Positions 40,758 to 50,687 of a stretch of 64,000 nucleotides of DNA are shown here, piece by piece. Origin of the DNA: Myxococcales bacterium. GTDB lineage: Bacteria; Myxococcota_A; UBA9042. Location: NCBI GenBank assembly GCA_009692465.1, contig SHZD01000003.1, forward strand, positions 15,121 to 79,120. Reading direction: 5' to 3'. How positions within the stretch are numbered: the stretch's first letter is position 1; each line of letters opens with the position of its first letter. The notes under the pieces are model-generated. The model was not told the DNA's origin, ran no database searches, and worked only from the letters and a program-made list of their open reading frames with translations. Made by a program: the position numbers and the translations under genes.

Positions 40758-41938
40758 CACGGCACCTCCCAAGTGCCGACGACGGGGGCGTGATCGCTTA
40801 ACCGCACCGGATCGGTGGTTAGCACTGGCCCAATGCCGTTGTCGCCGCCAATTTTTTGGCCCTTTTGCTGAGCGACGTCGGTGGACCCGATGACCCACGA
40901 GGTACCTTTGCTGGCGAATAAGTAGTCGAGGGTGCGATTCCAAAAGCCTTTTTCGCCTTTGTCGTTCACTTCGTCAGGCCCCAACACCGAGTGGGTAAAG
41001 AAGCGTTTTTGCTCAAGTTCGCTCTTGCCGTAGCGGTCCAGTGCGATGGCGGCGACGTAATTGTCGTAAAACCTTTGCATAATTTCAGGGGTGTACGGCG
41101 GCTGAGCAAAATCGGCGCTGCATACCGCCTTCTCGCGCTCGTCCATAAAGCCGTGTTTGCGCACCGCGATCGGCGGCAACTCATTGAAATCGCCACCGAC
41201 CATGAACGGTAGGGGCTCTTTTTTCAACAGCTCGTCGATATGCTCGATCTGCTTTTTCTTGGTACCGTCGTTGTCATACGCCTCGCTATGCACCGCCCAA
41301 ATTGCGACTTTGGTCCCGGTTTTAATTTCGATTTCCGCCCGACCCAAAGCCCGTTTGAGGTAGAACATGGAAGTCAGCGCATCTTGGTCGGTGCGGTCGA
41401 CTTGGCGAATTCGCTCCGCTTTGGTGATTTTATGCTTTGAAAATATCGCGTTACCCAAATGAATGCGCCCAACCCCTTCGCTGGCGATGTACTTGGAATT
41501 CCAAGTGCTGGCGAACGTCGCGTAGTTCAAGTTGGTGTTTTCTAGGATGCCCTTGACCATATCGAAATACGCCGAACGCCTAGAGTTGACTTCAATTTCT
41601 TCGGCGATGAGCACATCGGGGTCCAGTTCCCCAATCGCCGCGTACAGTTTGGCCATGTTGGCGTCGACTTCGGCGCGGCTCATTTGCGAGCGGTCGCCCC
41701 AACAGTCGAACCAGAATGGGATGCGGCCGGCACCGTATTTAATGTTCCACGCCACGACCTTGAGTCTGGCGGGAGCGCTGACGGCGACGGGCGTAACCAG
41801 AGTCGACCGCTTGAAAATCGGCGCTGGCTCGCGATCGTAGTCTTGCGGGTCGGCGATCGGCTCGCAGGCGCAGGCTAGCGCGGCGGTGCAGGCCACCACA
41901 ACGGCACACCAGCGATGCGGCACATGGATGCAGGGCAC
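40757..41938 (-). CDS. Endonuclease/exonuclease/phosphatase-family lipoprotein
   Basis: VAWNIKY, DVLIAEE, GNAIFSK, GGDFNE, TLDYLF and LSDHAPV. GTG 41938 with GGAGG RBS. Confidence 0.88.
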   Translation of the reverse strand: MPCIHVPHRWCAVVVACTAALACACEPIADPQDYDREPAPIFKRSTLVTPVAVSAPARLKVVAWNIKYGAGRIPFWFDCWGDRSQMSRAEVDANMAKLYAAIGELDPDVLIAEEIEVNSRRSAYFDMVKGILENTNLNYATFASTWNSKYIASEGVGRIHLGNAIFSKHKITKAERIRQVDRTDQDALTSMFYLKRALGRAEIEIKTGTKVAIWAVHSEAYDNDGTKKKQIEHIDELLKKEPLPFMVGGDFNELPPIAVRKHGFMDEREKAVCSADFAQPPYTPEIMQRFYDNYVAAIALDRYGKSELEQKRFFTHSVLGPDEVNDKGEKGFWNRTLDYLFASKGTSWVIGSTDVAQQKGQKIGGDNGIGPVLTTDPVRLSDHAPVVGTWEVP

Positions 41939-42009
41939 GGCGGCCTCCAGCGACCGACGGGCAGGCCGGTGCGGGCGGACAGTCGCGCGAACGAGGCAGT
42001 ATGTCAACC

Positions 42010-42070
42010 GCTTCAGCGACCCACAAAGCAAGCAGGACACGCTGAGCAAATCTCATTTGCGCGGCTGTTT
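42010..42070. repeat. Partial family B/C core
   Basis: GCGACCCACAAAGCAAGCAGGACACGCTGAGCAAAT...CGGCTGT, abutting the PPIase stop. Confidence 0.5.
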
Positions 42071-43157
42071 AGAAGGGCAAATTCTCGACGACGTTAGCCT
42101 TGCGTCGCAGTTCTTGCATAATTCTGCGCTCTTCCATGTAGGTCTTGCGGGCCAAGATGCTTTTGCGAATTTCCTGCCGCACTTCGACAAACGGCTTGTT
42201 GCGCTGTTCGTTTTTCTCAATCAAGCGCAGGACGTACCAGCCCCAGCGCGTCAGCACCGGCGCGGCAATTTCGCCAACCTTGAGTTCAAAAGCGACATTT
42301 TCCAACTCCGGCTGACCGGAATTACGCACCAAATGCAAAGGCGGCTGAGCACCGTCGCCGTACTGCTTGGCCAGCAACTCAAAATCGCCGCCGGCCTTGA
42401 GTGCCTCATGAGCCTCTTTAGCCTTGCTTTCGGCCTTGTCCTTTTCGGCCTTGGGCACTTCGGCGCCGACCCGCACCAAAATCGCCCGCACATCGCGCGA
42501 GGCCATTTCGACCCACGCCGACGGGTTCTCGTCGTAAAAAGCCTTCATTTCTTGTTCGGACACGTCGGTGCGCCCCAGTTTTTCCACCAGTTTCTTGCCC
42601 AGCGCCTGTTGCTTAAGGTGGTCTTTGACTTGGGCGACCGAACTGCGGGCGTTGCGCAGCTCAGTATGCATGCGTTCTTCGTCGAGCTTGCCGGCGTCGT
42701 CGACAAATCGCTGGGTAAACTCGCGCCATGACTCATCTTCCTCGGACTGGGTCAGCGAAATGCCGTTGACCGCAATCGCCTGCTGACGCAGCTCGCTCTC
42801 CACCAACCGACTGATGATGTTGTGCGCAATCCGGCGCAAGCGATCGGTGGGGATACGCGCACCGGCGCCGACCAGCTTGTCCAGTTCAGCGTTGAACGCG
42901 GCGGCGCTAATATCGCGACCATTGACTGCGGCAACTGGACCGATCGCAGCCATGGGTGCGGCGGCAGACGCCTGTCCTTCCGCGGTCGCTGGCGCGGGTT
43001 CCGCTGTGGGCGTCGGCGCTTGGGCTGCAGATGCTGGGTCCGTCGCTGCCATCGGCGCGGGAACTGGTACAGCCGGCGGCGCTTGGGGTCGACTGCAGCC
43101 GGCGGCCATCGCCGTCAGCGCACAGATCGCATACGAATACCAAGTTTGCATCGCCAT
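42069..43157 (-). CDS. PpiC/parvulin-type peptidyl-prolyl isomerase lipoprotein (PrsA/SurA-like)
   Basis: Lipobox AAGC, VAAVNG, KAFYDEN, DFELLAKQY and PVLTRWGWYVL. Confidence 0.85.
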   Translation of the reverse strand: MAMQTWYSYAICALTAMAAGCSRPQAPPAVPVPAPMAATDPASAAQAPTPTAEPAPATAEGQASAAAPMAAIGPVAAVNGRDISAAAFNAELDKLVGAGARIPTDRLRRIAHNIISRLVESELRQQAIAVNGISLTQSEEDESWREFTQRFVDDAGKLDEERMHTELRNARSSVAQVKDHLKQQALGKKLVEKLGRTDVSEQEMKAFYDENPSAWVEMASRDVRAILVRVGAEVPKAEKDKAESKAKEAHEALKAGGDFELLAKQYGDGAQPPLHLVRNSGQPELENVAFELKVGEIAAPVLTRWGWYVLRLIEKNEQRNKPFVEVRQEIRKSILARKTYMEERRIMQELRRKANVVENLPF

Positions 43158-43426
43158 TTGCCTCTCGTTGCGTCCGCGGCCGGGCTGGCTGGGCGGCTAC
43201 ACCTTGCCTATCGCCACCGCGACGTGCAACACGGTCAGCGGCCCAGTTGTTCCGCTTTGGGGCCGAGTCCAGTGAGGGTGGAGCCTAAAGCAGAACCAAC
43301 CGACTTGTGGCCCCGACCGACCTGCCTGTGCCGTTTGCAGCTGAGCGAGTAGCGTTGCGGCTAGGCTGTCACCAGAATCGGGCAAAACGGCCACCAAAAG
43401 CACAAGAGCCTTCGCGGTGAGTCTAA

Positions 43427-43561
43427 GAGCCCGTGCAAGAATTACTCGATCGATCCGCGACAGGAACGGAGCGTCGAGTCGGCTTGCAAAGCCGCGAGTT
43501 AGCGACCCACCAAACAAGCAGTGGGCCCAAGTGCAAAATCGGTTTGATTTTGCACGGGCCC
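43427..43561 (-). mobile_element. 135-bp family C MITE
   Basis: Perfect TAA/TAA flanks. TIR GAGCCCGTGCAAGA / TTTTGCACGGGCCC. Confidence 0.9.
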
Positions 43562-43601
43562 TAACTCCGCGAAGGCCCTGTGGTGTTCGGTCAGATCGGG
43601 T

Positions 43602-44906
43602 TTACCACGCGTAGTACAACGCCCAGTCGACGCCCCAGTTGCCGGTTTCTTTGCCCGTGGCGGCGTACAAGCCGTTGTTGTAGTAGGTCGGATCGACATT
43701 GACGTCCAATTGCCAGCCCATCAGCTTGAAGCCCATGCCGGTGGTGACCTTGTTAATCACCTTGGACTTATGGGCCTCTCCGTCGACGTCGGCCGAAGCG
43801 CCACCGCCGGGGGGTTGTTTCTTGGTGGCGGCGAAGTCGTCTTGGACGATGGTCTGGCGAGCGCCCAAGCGCAACACCATCCAATCAAACGCCTTGGCTT
43901 CGGCAGCGAATCCATAGTGGAAAAGTCGACGCGCCGAGTTTTCCTGATCCCAGTTGGGCGAGCGATCGGTGTTGCCATTGACGTTGGACTGCACGACACC
44001 AAAGCCAACGCCCGGCTGAATCAACACGCCGTCGACCGGCTGAATCGCCAAGTCGGCGCCGGCATTGAACGCCAGATTAATCGTGTGGCCATACAGAGCG
44101 ACCGTATTGGGCGGGGTAATCTGCGGACCTTCCTGCACGGCGCGGGCGTCATAAGCCAGCGCCAGAAACGGGACGATGCGCGCAATTTGATGCACTTGGA
44201 ACTTGCCGCGACCGACCAAGTTGAGGCCAAACAGACCCTTGGACTCGTACAACACTTTGCCGTCTTTGGCTTCGTCCTTGGTGAACGAGCCCGAGCGCAG
44301 GCTCAAGCCGAAGTCCAAGCTGTTGGTTTCATTGAGGTCAAACCCAATGCCCGCGGCAAAATCGAACAACGAGTTGTTGTCTTCATGGCTGGCGTCGCCT
44401 TCGCCCTTGTTGCCGGCCAGCGACAAGTGGGTGCCCAAACGCAGCGATTCTCCGGCTTTCATGCCAAAGCCGACGCCAATCAGGTGGTTGGTCGGGTCGA
44501 CCGACGACTGACCGAAACTGCTGGCCTTGAGCGCCGTGCGCCCGCCGATCGACTGGACGTTGACGACAGGTAGCCACGCCGACTTTTTGCCGAAAATCAG
44601 CAGCACGGCGTCGTCGGACAGCGCATAGCGCACGTTCATGGTGCCGTACGTAGCACCGCTGGTCGCATCCGAGTCGACGCTGTTCTTGTACATGGGCAAG
44701 AACTGCGGCATCAGGTAGATGTTGGCTGTATCGTCGATGGTGATCGTCTTTTCGTTAAAGCCCATAGACGGAGTCAGCTCCAAGCTGCCAGCCGACAAGC
44801 CGTTGATGCGCGAATCGGTCGCCAAAGCGGGTGCCGCGATCATGCAGGGCGCCGCGATCATGCAAAGCGTCGCAGCAGCTGCGCCGAGGTTAAACCGTGT
44901 CTTCAT
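43602..44906 (-). CDS. Outer-membrane beta-barrel protein
   Basis: Signal peptide with an 18-bp CMIAAP duplication, amphipathic beta strands, ends WALYYAW. GGAG RBS. Confidence 0.75.
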   Translation of the reverse strand: MKTRFNLGAAAATLCMIAAPCMIAAPALATDSRINGLSAGSLELTPSMGFNEKTITIDDTANIYLMPQFLPMYKNSVDSDATSGATYGTMNVRYALSDDAVLLIFGKKSAWLPVVNVQSIGGRTALKASSFGQSSVDPTNHLIGVGFGMKAGESLRLGTHLSLAGNKGEGDASHEDNNSLFDFAAGIGFDLNETNSLDFGLSLRSGSFTKDEAKDGKVLYESKGLFGLNLVGRGKFQVHQIARIVPFLALAYDARAVQEGPQITPPNTVALYGHTINLAFNAGADLAIQPVDGVLIQPGVGFGVVQSNVNGNTDRSPNWDQENSARRLFHYGFAAEAKAFDWMVLRLGARQTIVQDDFAATKKQPPGGGASADVDGEAHKSKVINKVTTGMGFKLMGWQLDVNVDPTYYNNGLYAATGKETGNWGVDWALYYAW

Positions 44907-45125
44907 GATTCGTTCTCCGTTTTTTTGAGGCATTTTCGGCGCTTAGTGTGCCGCCCGCAGTCGCGGGCCCAGCAGGGAAACCAAGCCCAGCAGAGGCGGC
45001 GGCCTTGTAGCACAGGAGGCGAACTGGTGCAAGATTGCAGCGGCAATCCACACAAGCAACCCGCGCAGGCCCCCGAGCGCAACGCTGACTTGACGCTGCC
45101 GACGGCGCCGCCGACCATTCGCGGC

Positions 45126-46148
45126 GTGACTAGCGCCTCTCCCATCGCCCCCACGCCTACATCAACCGGTTCGGTGGCGACCGGTTCGGAGGTCACCAGT
45201 TTAGAAAAGGTGAGCGCCGAGCTAGCCCAAGCCCAGTTCGAAGCGGACAGCGCCAATCCCGCGCTGCTGTTGAGCCAGATTGCCGCAGCCTTGCGCCACG
45301 CCCGCTATGGCGGCATTGACGCCGTGCAGCGGATTCAGGCTGCACCGATCGAGCGCCCTGCGCCGAATATGCCCACCACTGCGCCGAAAATGCCCACCAC
45401 TGCGCTGACACTGCCCACCACCGCGCCTCAGCCTGCCCTGACCACGGCTGCCGTCACTGGTAGTGCCCTTGCCGCTCCTTCGCCGCGCTTGAGCCAACCG
45501 CTGCCGCAGCCCTCGCTGTTGCCGGCTGCCTCTGCGGGTGCCATTACCGCCGCCTTGACCACCCGGCGTCAGCAAGTTCGCGACCAGCTGCATGACATGT
45601 TTGGGCGCGCCAACGCCTGCGTGCGCTGTCCTCGCCATCACGGGCGTCTGCGGGCGGTCGCGGGGACAGGCAGCGTCACGGCAAAACTGTTTATCGTGGC
45701 CGAAACTCCTGACCAAGCCGATGAAAAGGCGGCCAAACCGATGCAAGGCGAAGCGGGCGCATTGCTCGACCGCATGTTGGCAGCCATGGGCTTGCACCGC
45801 GATGAGGTGTGGTTGACCCACTTGTGCTTGTGCCGTGGGGCCACGGACAGCGCGCTGTTGCCGTCGGAGGCGGCGGCTTGCAGTCCTTGGTTGCGGCAAC
45901 AGTGGGAAGCGATCAACCCACAAGTGCTGGTTATTTTAGGCGAACCTGCCGCTCGGTTCCTGCTGCGTCACGATGTCGAGCTCGCCAATTTGCGTGGACA
46001 GTGGCACACGGTGCGCAACACGCCGGCGCGGGCGACTTGGAGCCTGGCGGACGTGCTGGCCGATCCCGCCAAGAAAAGGGAAGTGTGGGCTGATCTGCTG
46101 GCGGTCATGCACAAGCTGGGGTTGCGGCGGCCGCCGACTGCAGGCTAA
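45126..46148 (+). CDS. Family-4 uracil-DNA-glycosylase-like protein with degenerate active site
   Basis: CVRC...CR...C Fe-S ligands, GEAGALLDRML, PQVLVILG, LRGQW and VWADL. Long Pro/Ala/Thr-rich N-terminus. Start uncertain. Confidence 0.8.
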   Translation: MTSASPIAPTPTSTGSVATGSEVTSLEKVSAELAQAQFEADSANPALLLSQIAAALRHARYGGIDAVQRIQAAPIERPAPNMPTTAPKMPTTALTLPTTAPQPALTTAAVTGSALAAPSPRLSQPLPQPSLLPAASAGAITAALTTRRQQVRDQLHDMFGRANACVRCPRHHGRLRAVAGTGSVTAKLFIVAETPDQADEKAAKPMQGEAGALLDRMLAAMGLHRDEVWLTHLCLCRGATDSALLPSEAAACSPWLRQQWEAINPQVLVILGEPAARFLLRHDVELANLRGQWHTVRNTPARATWSLADVLADPAKKREVWADLLAVMHKLGLRRPPTAG

Positions 46149-46220
46149 TTGGCGTTGACGGCAGGTAAGCAGCGGCCTAAGTTGGCGCCGCCAAAGAACG
46201 AAAGAACGAGCGCCGCGGCC

Positions 46221-47552
46221 ATGACCGAACCTGACAGCAAGACCACGCCTGCGGGCATCAGTTCGGACACTGAGCGCAGTCGCCGCCACACCCGAACCTA
46301 TAGCGACGGTTTTGTTGCGCTTGCCGCGCAAGATGGCGCAAGCGACCCCGCGCCGGTCGTTGCGGTTGCCGGCGAATCCGCCCATCGCCGCCAACGGCCC
46401 ACCTCGCAAACAGTGCTGGAGTTGCCGCAAGATCGCGCAGCGTTGGCCCTGCCGCAGATTCCCGACGAAGAGCTCATTGCCGTGGATGATCTGGCCACCG
46501 GCTCGCAGACCGCTGGCGGCAGTCAGTTCGTCGCCAGCGAAGTAGTTGATGCAAGTGAAGTTCTTGGAGCCAGCGAAGTGGCCGTGCTCGACGAAGGGGT
46601 CGTTGTCGGCGCAACGCACAGCGGCGGTTCAGCGCCCCGACCGAGCGTCAGTATTGCGTTGCATAAGCCCTTCGGTCAGCTTCGAAGCGACGCGACGCGC
46701 ACCGACACCCGCCAGACGCAGACCGCGCACACGGCGGTGGGGCCGGTGCCAGTGGCGCAACGGTCGACAGCCCGGCAGCCCGCGATCCGCAAGGCAACAG
46801 GCTGGTTTGGCCCAGTGGCGTTGCTGGCTGCGGCTCTGGCGGGCAGCGCGGCGGCGTGGCGGTTGGTGGGCCAGACGCCGGCAAGTGAGTCTAGTGGCGG
46901 CGCGCTTGAGGTTGCCGACGCGCCGGCAGTAGTCCCTGTCGCCAGTGCAGCGGTCGCGCACAGCGACGAATCCCAGGCGGCAGGCGCGGTCGCTGCTCCA
47001 ATCCGCGCTGGTGAGGCGGCCGAGGTTGTCGCGGCGGCAAGGCCGCAGCTGGGTCCGGTAGTCGCAGCGGTAGCGGACCCAGTAGCGATCCCAGCCCGAG
47101 TAGCGATCCCAGCCCGAGTAGCGATCCCAGCTGGGGTCGGTGCGAGTTCCGTCAGCGCTCAATCGCGGGTGGCGAATGAGCCTGCGCAACCGGCACTGCA
47201 ACCGGCACTGCAACCGGCACTGCAACCGGCACTGCAACCGGCACTGCAACCGGCACTGCAACCGGCACTGCCGTCGGCACCACCAGTGGCCAGCAAACCG
47301 CCACGGGCACCGGAATTGGCCGACTTGTGCCAGCGCGGGGCGTGGGTGGTCCAAGGCACCGCGGCCGATGCCGAGGCACCGTACTTGGCGTTGCGCGACC
47401 AGCCGCGAAATGACTCAAAATTACTAGCGAAACTTTCGGATGGCACCCGCGTCGGCTACGGTAGCCGCCAAGGTCGCTGGATTTGGGCACAGGTGTGCGC
47501 GACGGGTCAAGCGGGTTGGCTCAACCAGAAATGGTTGGCACCAGCGCGCTGA
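46221..47552 (+). CDS. Membrane-anchored hypothetical protein with C-terminal SH3b-like domain
   Basis: Single TM segment, low-complexity linker with VAIPAR x3 and QPAL x7, and LALRDQP...GRW...GWL. Confidence 0.7.
   Translation: MTEPDSKTTPAGISSDTERSRRHTRTYSDGFVALAAQDGASDPAPVVAVAGESAHRRQRPTSQTVLELPQDRAALALPQIPDEELIAVDDLATGSQTAGGSQFVASEVVDASEVLGASEVAVLDEGVVVGATHSGGSAPRPSVSIALHKPFGQLRSDATRTDTRQTQTAHTAVGPVPVAQRSTARQPAIRKATGWFGPVALLAAALAGSAAAWRLVGQTPASESSGGALEVADAPAVVPVASAAVAHSDESQAAGAVAAPIRAGEAAEVVAAARPQLGPVVAAVADPVAIPARVAIPARVAIPAGVGASSVSAQSRVANEPAQPALQPALQPALQPALQPALQPALQPALPSAPPVASKPPRAPELADLCQRGAWVVQGTAADAEAPYLALRDQPRNDSKLLAKLSDGTRVGYGSRQGRWIWAQVCATGQAGWLNQKWLAPAR
47187..47270 (+). repeat. 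12-bp coding tandem repeat (CAACCGGCACTG) x7
   Basis: Read directly from the sequence. Encodes QPAL. Confidence 0.9.
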
Positions 47553-47570
47553 TCCAGACAAGGGGATAGC

Positions 47571-48554
47571 ATGATCGTGATGGGCAGTAAGTCGTGGAAA
47601 CAAGGTGAACCTCTGGTGCGAATGGAGCTGGAGACGCCAGTTCCGGGCCGCAAACAAGTAGTGGTGGCGGTGCACTTTATCGGCGTCAATCCGGTGGATT
47701 GGAAAATGCGGCAATCCGGGCCGCTGCGTTTCGCCGCGCGGGCACTGGGGGCGATCCGCGGCCCCAAACCGCCGGTAGTCATCGGCGTCGATTTCGCGGG
47801 CGTCGTACAGGCCATCGGCAGCGACGTCACCACATTTGCGGTGGGCGACCGCGTAGTCGGTGGCAGCAATTTTTCGCGGGGTCAACGCGGCAGCTACGCG
47901 GACACCGTGATTGTGTACCCCGATCAGCTGTGCAAGCTGCCCGATTCGGTGCCCTTGGACATTGCCGGCTGCTTGCCGGTGGCCGGGGTGACCGCGCACA
48001 TGGCGCTGACCCAGTATTGCCCGATCAGTGCTGGAAAAAAGGTGCTGGTGCTGGGCGCTTCGGGCGGTGTCGGCCAGTTTGCGGTGCAGATCGCTAAGCA
48101 TGTGCTCAATGCGGACTTGGTGGCGGGGGTGTGCTCTGCAAAAAATGTCCAACTGGTCAAAGACTTGGGGGCCGACATCGTGTTGGACTACACCGCAGGC
48201 GACCCGCTGCTCGCCGCGCAGGCCCATGGCCCCTATGACGTCATTGTCGATGGCGTCGGCAGCTATCCGGCGGCCCATTGCCGCAAGTTGCTGACCAAGG
48301 ATGGAGCCCACATCATGGTCGCTGGGGATAAAGCGGAAAGTATGCTGCAAATTGCCGTGCCGCCATTCCAGAGCAAAGCCATCTTGGGCGCCCCCGACGG
48401 CCAGCATTTACTGCCGTTGGTGCAAGCGGTGGCCGAGGGCAAAGTTAAAGTCCTGATCGCCCATTGCCTGCCGTTGGCCGATGCCCAAAAAGCCCATGAT
48501 TTGAGCCAGGGCGGCCGGGTGGTCGGCAAAATTGTGCTCCAAGCCCGGCCCTAG
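47571..48554 (+). CDS. NAD(P)-dependent medium-chain reductase (quinone oxidoreductase-like)
   Basis: GVNPVDWK, GVDFAG, VLVLGASGGVG and VGKIVL. Confidence 0.88.
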   Translation: MIVMGSKSWKQGEPLVRMELETPVPGRKQVVVAVHFIGVNPVDWKMRQSGPLRFAARALGAIRGPKPPVVIGVDFAGVVQAIGSDVTTFAVGDRVVGGSNFSRGQRGSYADTVIVYPDQLCKLPDSVPLDIAGCLPVAGVTAHMALTQYCPISAGKKVLVLGASGGVGQFAVQIAKHVLNADLVAGVCSAKNVQLVKDLGADIVLDYTAGDPLLAAQAHGPYDVIVDGVGSYPAAHCRKLLTKDGAHIMVAGDKAESMLQIAVPPFQSKAILGAPDGQHLLPLVQAVAEGKVKVLIAHCLPLADAQKAHDLSQGGRVVGKIVLQARP

Positions 48555-48769
48555 GAGCGTGTCGGAGTATTCCGGCTCGCTCCTAGGACCGTCTGGCTAG
48601 ACGGCGGCAACTGTCTGAAACTGCACAAATTTGATTGGGCCAGTTCTCCGGGCAGTTCTTGGACAGTTGAGAATATCTGAATGGCTAGGAGCCTGTCGGA
48701 TCGTAATAGATTCATTGTGTATAACCTGATAGACATTTAACAACCGATTAATTTCCGACAGGCTCTTAG
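48551..48769. mobile_element. Composite CTAG-bounded repeat, family D
   Basis: 36-bp palindrome + ~100-bp core + 85-bp TIR unit (GGAGCCTGTCGGA). Inverted copies at 52800 and 58932. Confidence 0.9.
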
Positions 48770-48902
48770 ACAGCCGACTAAATCGAATTTGCGCGGCGTC
48801 TCATTGCTGGTTTCGTGGGTGGCGAGCTTGCGCCTGGGGCGTCAAGCCGCTCCAGTATTGTTCCGTAATTCTCGACCGTGTGGCCAGAATTGGTCAGCTC
48901 AG
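48769..48902. mobile_element. MITE-like repeat, family B
   Basis: CAGCCGACTAAAT / AATTGGTCAGCTC ends. Core ATTTGCGCGGCGTCTC...GGGGCGTCAAGCCGCTCC. Confidence 0.65.
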
Positions 48903-48993
48903 TAGCGAAACGCAGAAACGCAGCGGTACAGTCCCGCAATCGGTTTGCGCGTGGTAAATTGGCGGCCTAGTGCCCCGTGGCGCAGTTGGCAGC

Positions 48994-50550
48994 ATGGACA
49001 CCCTCGATCTTTCCCATCCGCTGCAACTGGACGACGTCGTTGCGGTTGCCCGTCAACAGGTTGTGGTCCAACTGGGCAGCGAGGGCCGCGCCAAGGTCCA
49101 AACCGCGCACGCGGTGGTGCAGGCGTTTGTCCGCGACCACACGATCGCGCGCTACGGCATCAATACCGGGTTTGGCGCGCTGGCCGAGGTGGTGATCGCC
49201 GACGACCAAATCGCCGCGTTGCAAACTAATCTGATTCGCTCGCACGCCTGCGGGGTTGGACCACTACTGCCGACCGACGTGGTGCGGGCAATGATGTTGC
49301 TGCGGGCCAAAGTGCTGGCGATCGGCCACAGTGGCGTTCGGCCACAAGTGATTGATACACTGTGTGAAATGCTAAATGCTGGCCTGCACCCGCTGATCCC
49401 TTCGCAGGGTTCGGTCGGGGCGTCGGGCGATCTGGCGCCGCTGGCGCATTTGGCGCTGGTCTTGACTGGCGAAGGGCAAGCGGAGATCGGCGGCGTGGCT
49501 ATGACCGGGGCCCAAGCGCTGCAGCAAGCGCGGATTGCGCCGATCGCCTTGCAGGCCAAAGAAGGTTTGTCGCTGATCAATGGCACCCAGGCGATGACCG
49601 CGATCGCGGTATTGGCGTTGGATCGATCGCAAAACATATGCGATTGCGCGGACTTGACTGGATCCATGGCGGTAGAGGCGCTGCTGGCTACCGATAAGGC
49701 CTTTGACGCCCGCATCGTTGCGCTGCGGCCGCATCCGGGCGCGCTGCAAAGTGCAGCTAATCTGAGAGCTTTGACGGCCGACAGCCCGCTGATTGCCAGC
49801 CATGCCGGACCGGCCGATCGCAAGGTGCAAGACCCGTACTCGATCCGCTGCATGCCGCAAGTGCACGGGGCGGTGCGCGACGCCCTGCAGTTTGTTCGCG
49901 GCACGCTGCAAGTCGAAATCAATGCCGTCACTGATAATCCGCTGATCTTTCAAAATGAAAGTGGTGACGCCACCCATACTACCATCTTGTCAGGCGGCAA
50001 TTTTCACGGTCAGCCGGTGGCGATTGCCTGCGATGTCGCCCGGCTGGCGTTGGTCAGTTTGGCCTCGATGTCGGAGCGGCGCATTGAGCAACTGGTCAAT
50101 CCTACGCTCAATTCTGGCTTGCCCCCGTTCTTGGCGCGCAACAGTGGCTTGAACTCGGGCTTTATGATTGCCCAAGTGACGGCGGCAGCATTAGTGAGTG
50201 AGAGTAAAGGTTTGTGTATGCCGGCCTCGGTTGATTCGATTCCCAGCTCGGCCAACAAGGAAGACCACGTGTCGATGGGGCCGATTGCCGCCCGTCGCTG
50301 GGCCGAAGTCGTGGCTAACTGCGAGACTGTCCTGGCAATTGAGTTGCTTTGTGCGGCGCAGGGCATCGACCAACGCGCGCCCTTGCAACCGGCTCCGGCG
50401 ACGGGCGCGGCGTGGCAAGTTTTGCGGCAACGAGTGAGCCTGATGGAGCAAGATCGTGTTTTGTATCCAGATATTGCCACAGCGACCGAGTTAGTTCGCA
50501 GCGGTGAACTGCTTTTTGCAGCGCGGTCTGCCTTCGGCCAACGTCGCTAA
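48994..50550 (+). CDS. hutH: Histidine ammonia-lyase
   Basis: YGINTGFG, NLIRSH (HAL-type SH), GASGDLAPL (MIO), QDPYSIRC, GGNFHG and EDHVSMG. Confidence 0.95.
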   Translation: MDTLDLSHPLQLDDVVAVARQQVVVQLGSEGRAKVQTAHAVVQAFVRDHTIARYGINTGFGALAEVVIADDQIAALQTNLIRSHACGVGPLLPTDVVRAMMLLRAKVLAIGHSGVRPQVIDTLCEMLNAGLHPLIPSQGSVGASGDLAPLAHLALVLTGEGQAEIGGVAMTGAQALQQARIAPIALQAKEGLSLINGTQAMTAIAVLALDRSQNICDCADLTGSMAVEALLATDKAFDARIVALRPHPGALQSAANLRALTADSPLIASHAGPADRKVQDPYSIRCMPQVHGAVRDALQFVRGTLQVEINAVTDNPLIFQNESGDATHTTILSGGNFHGQPVAIACDVARLALVSLASMSERRIEQLVNPTLNSGLPPFLARNSGLNSGFMIAQVTAAALVSESKGLCMPASVDSIPSSANKEDHVSMGPIAARRWAEVVANCETVLAIELLCAAQGIDQRAPLQPAPATGAAWQVLRQRVSLMEQDRVLYPDIATATELVRSGELLFAARSAFGQRR

Positions 50551-50687
50551 ACCCCTTTGAAAATACATCTCTTTTTTGCGACAGGCTGGGCAACGCCGCA
50601 AAACCCTTTGCTTCAGGCTCCAAAATCGGCTAGACTTTGGCCGACGACGCAACTTCGCGACGACTGCGCTCTGAGGCGCTCCCACTT

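Noticed and set aside
43197-43517. 106-aa ORF upstream of the PPIase
   Set aside because: Begins inside the MITE and has no recognisable protein features.
48551-48736. Short ORFs MSIRLYTMNL... (also 52833-53018)
   Set aside because: Translations of family D repeats with no coding evidence.
48994-50550. Tyr/Phe ammonia-lyase or aminomutase of a secondary-metabolite cluster
   Set aside because: Specificity residues SH indicate HutH, and no NRPS/PKS is nearby.
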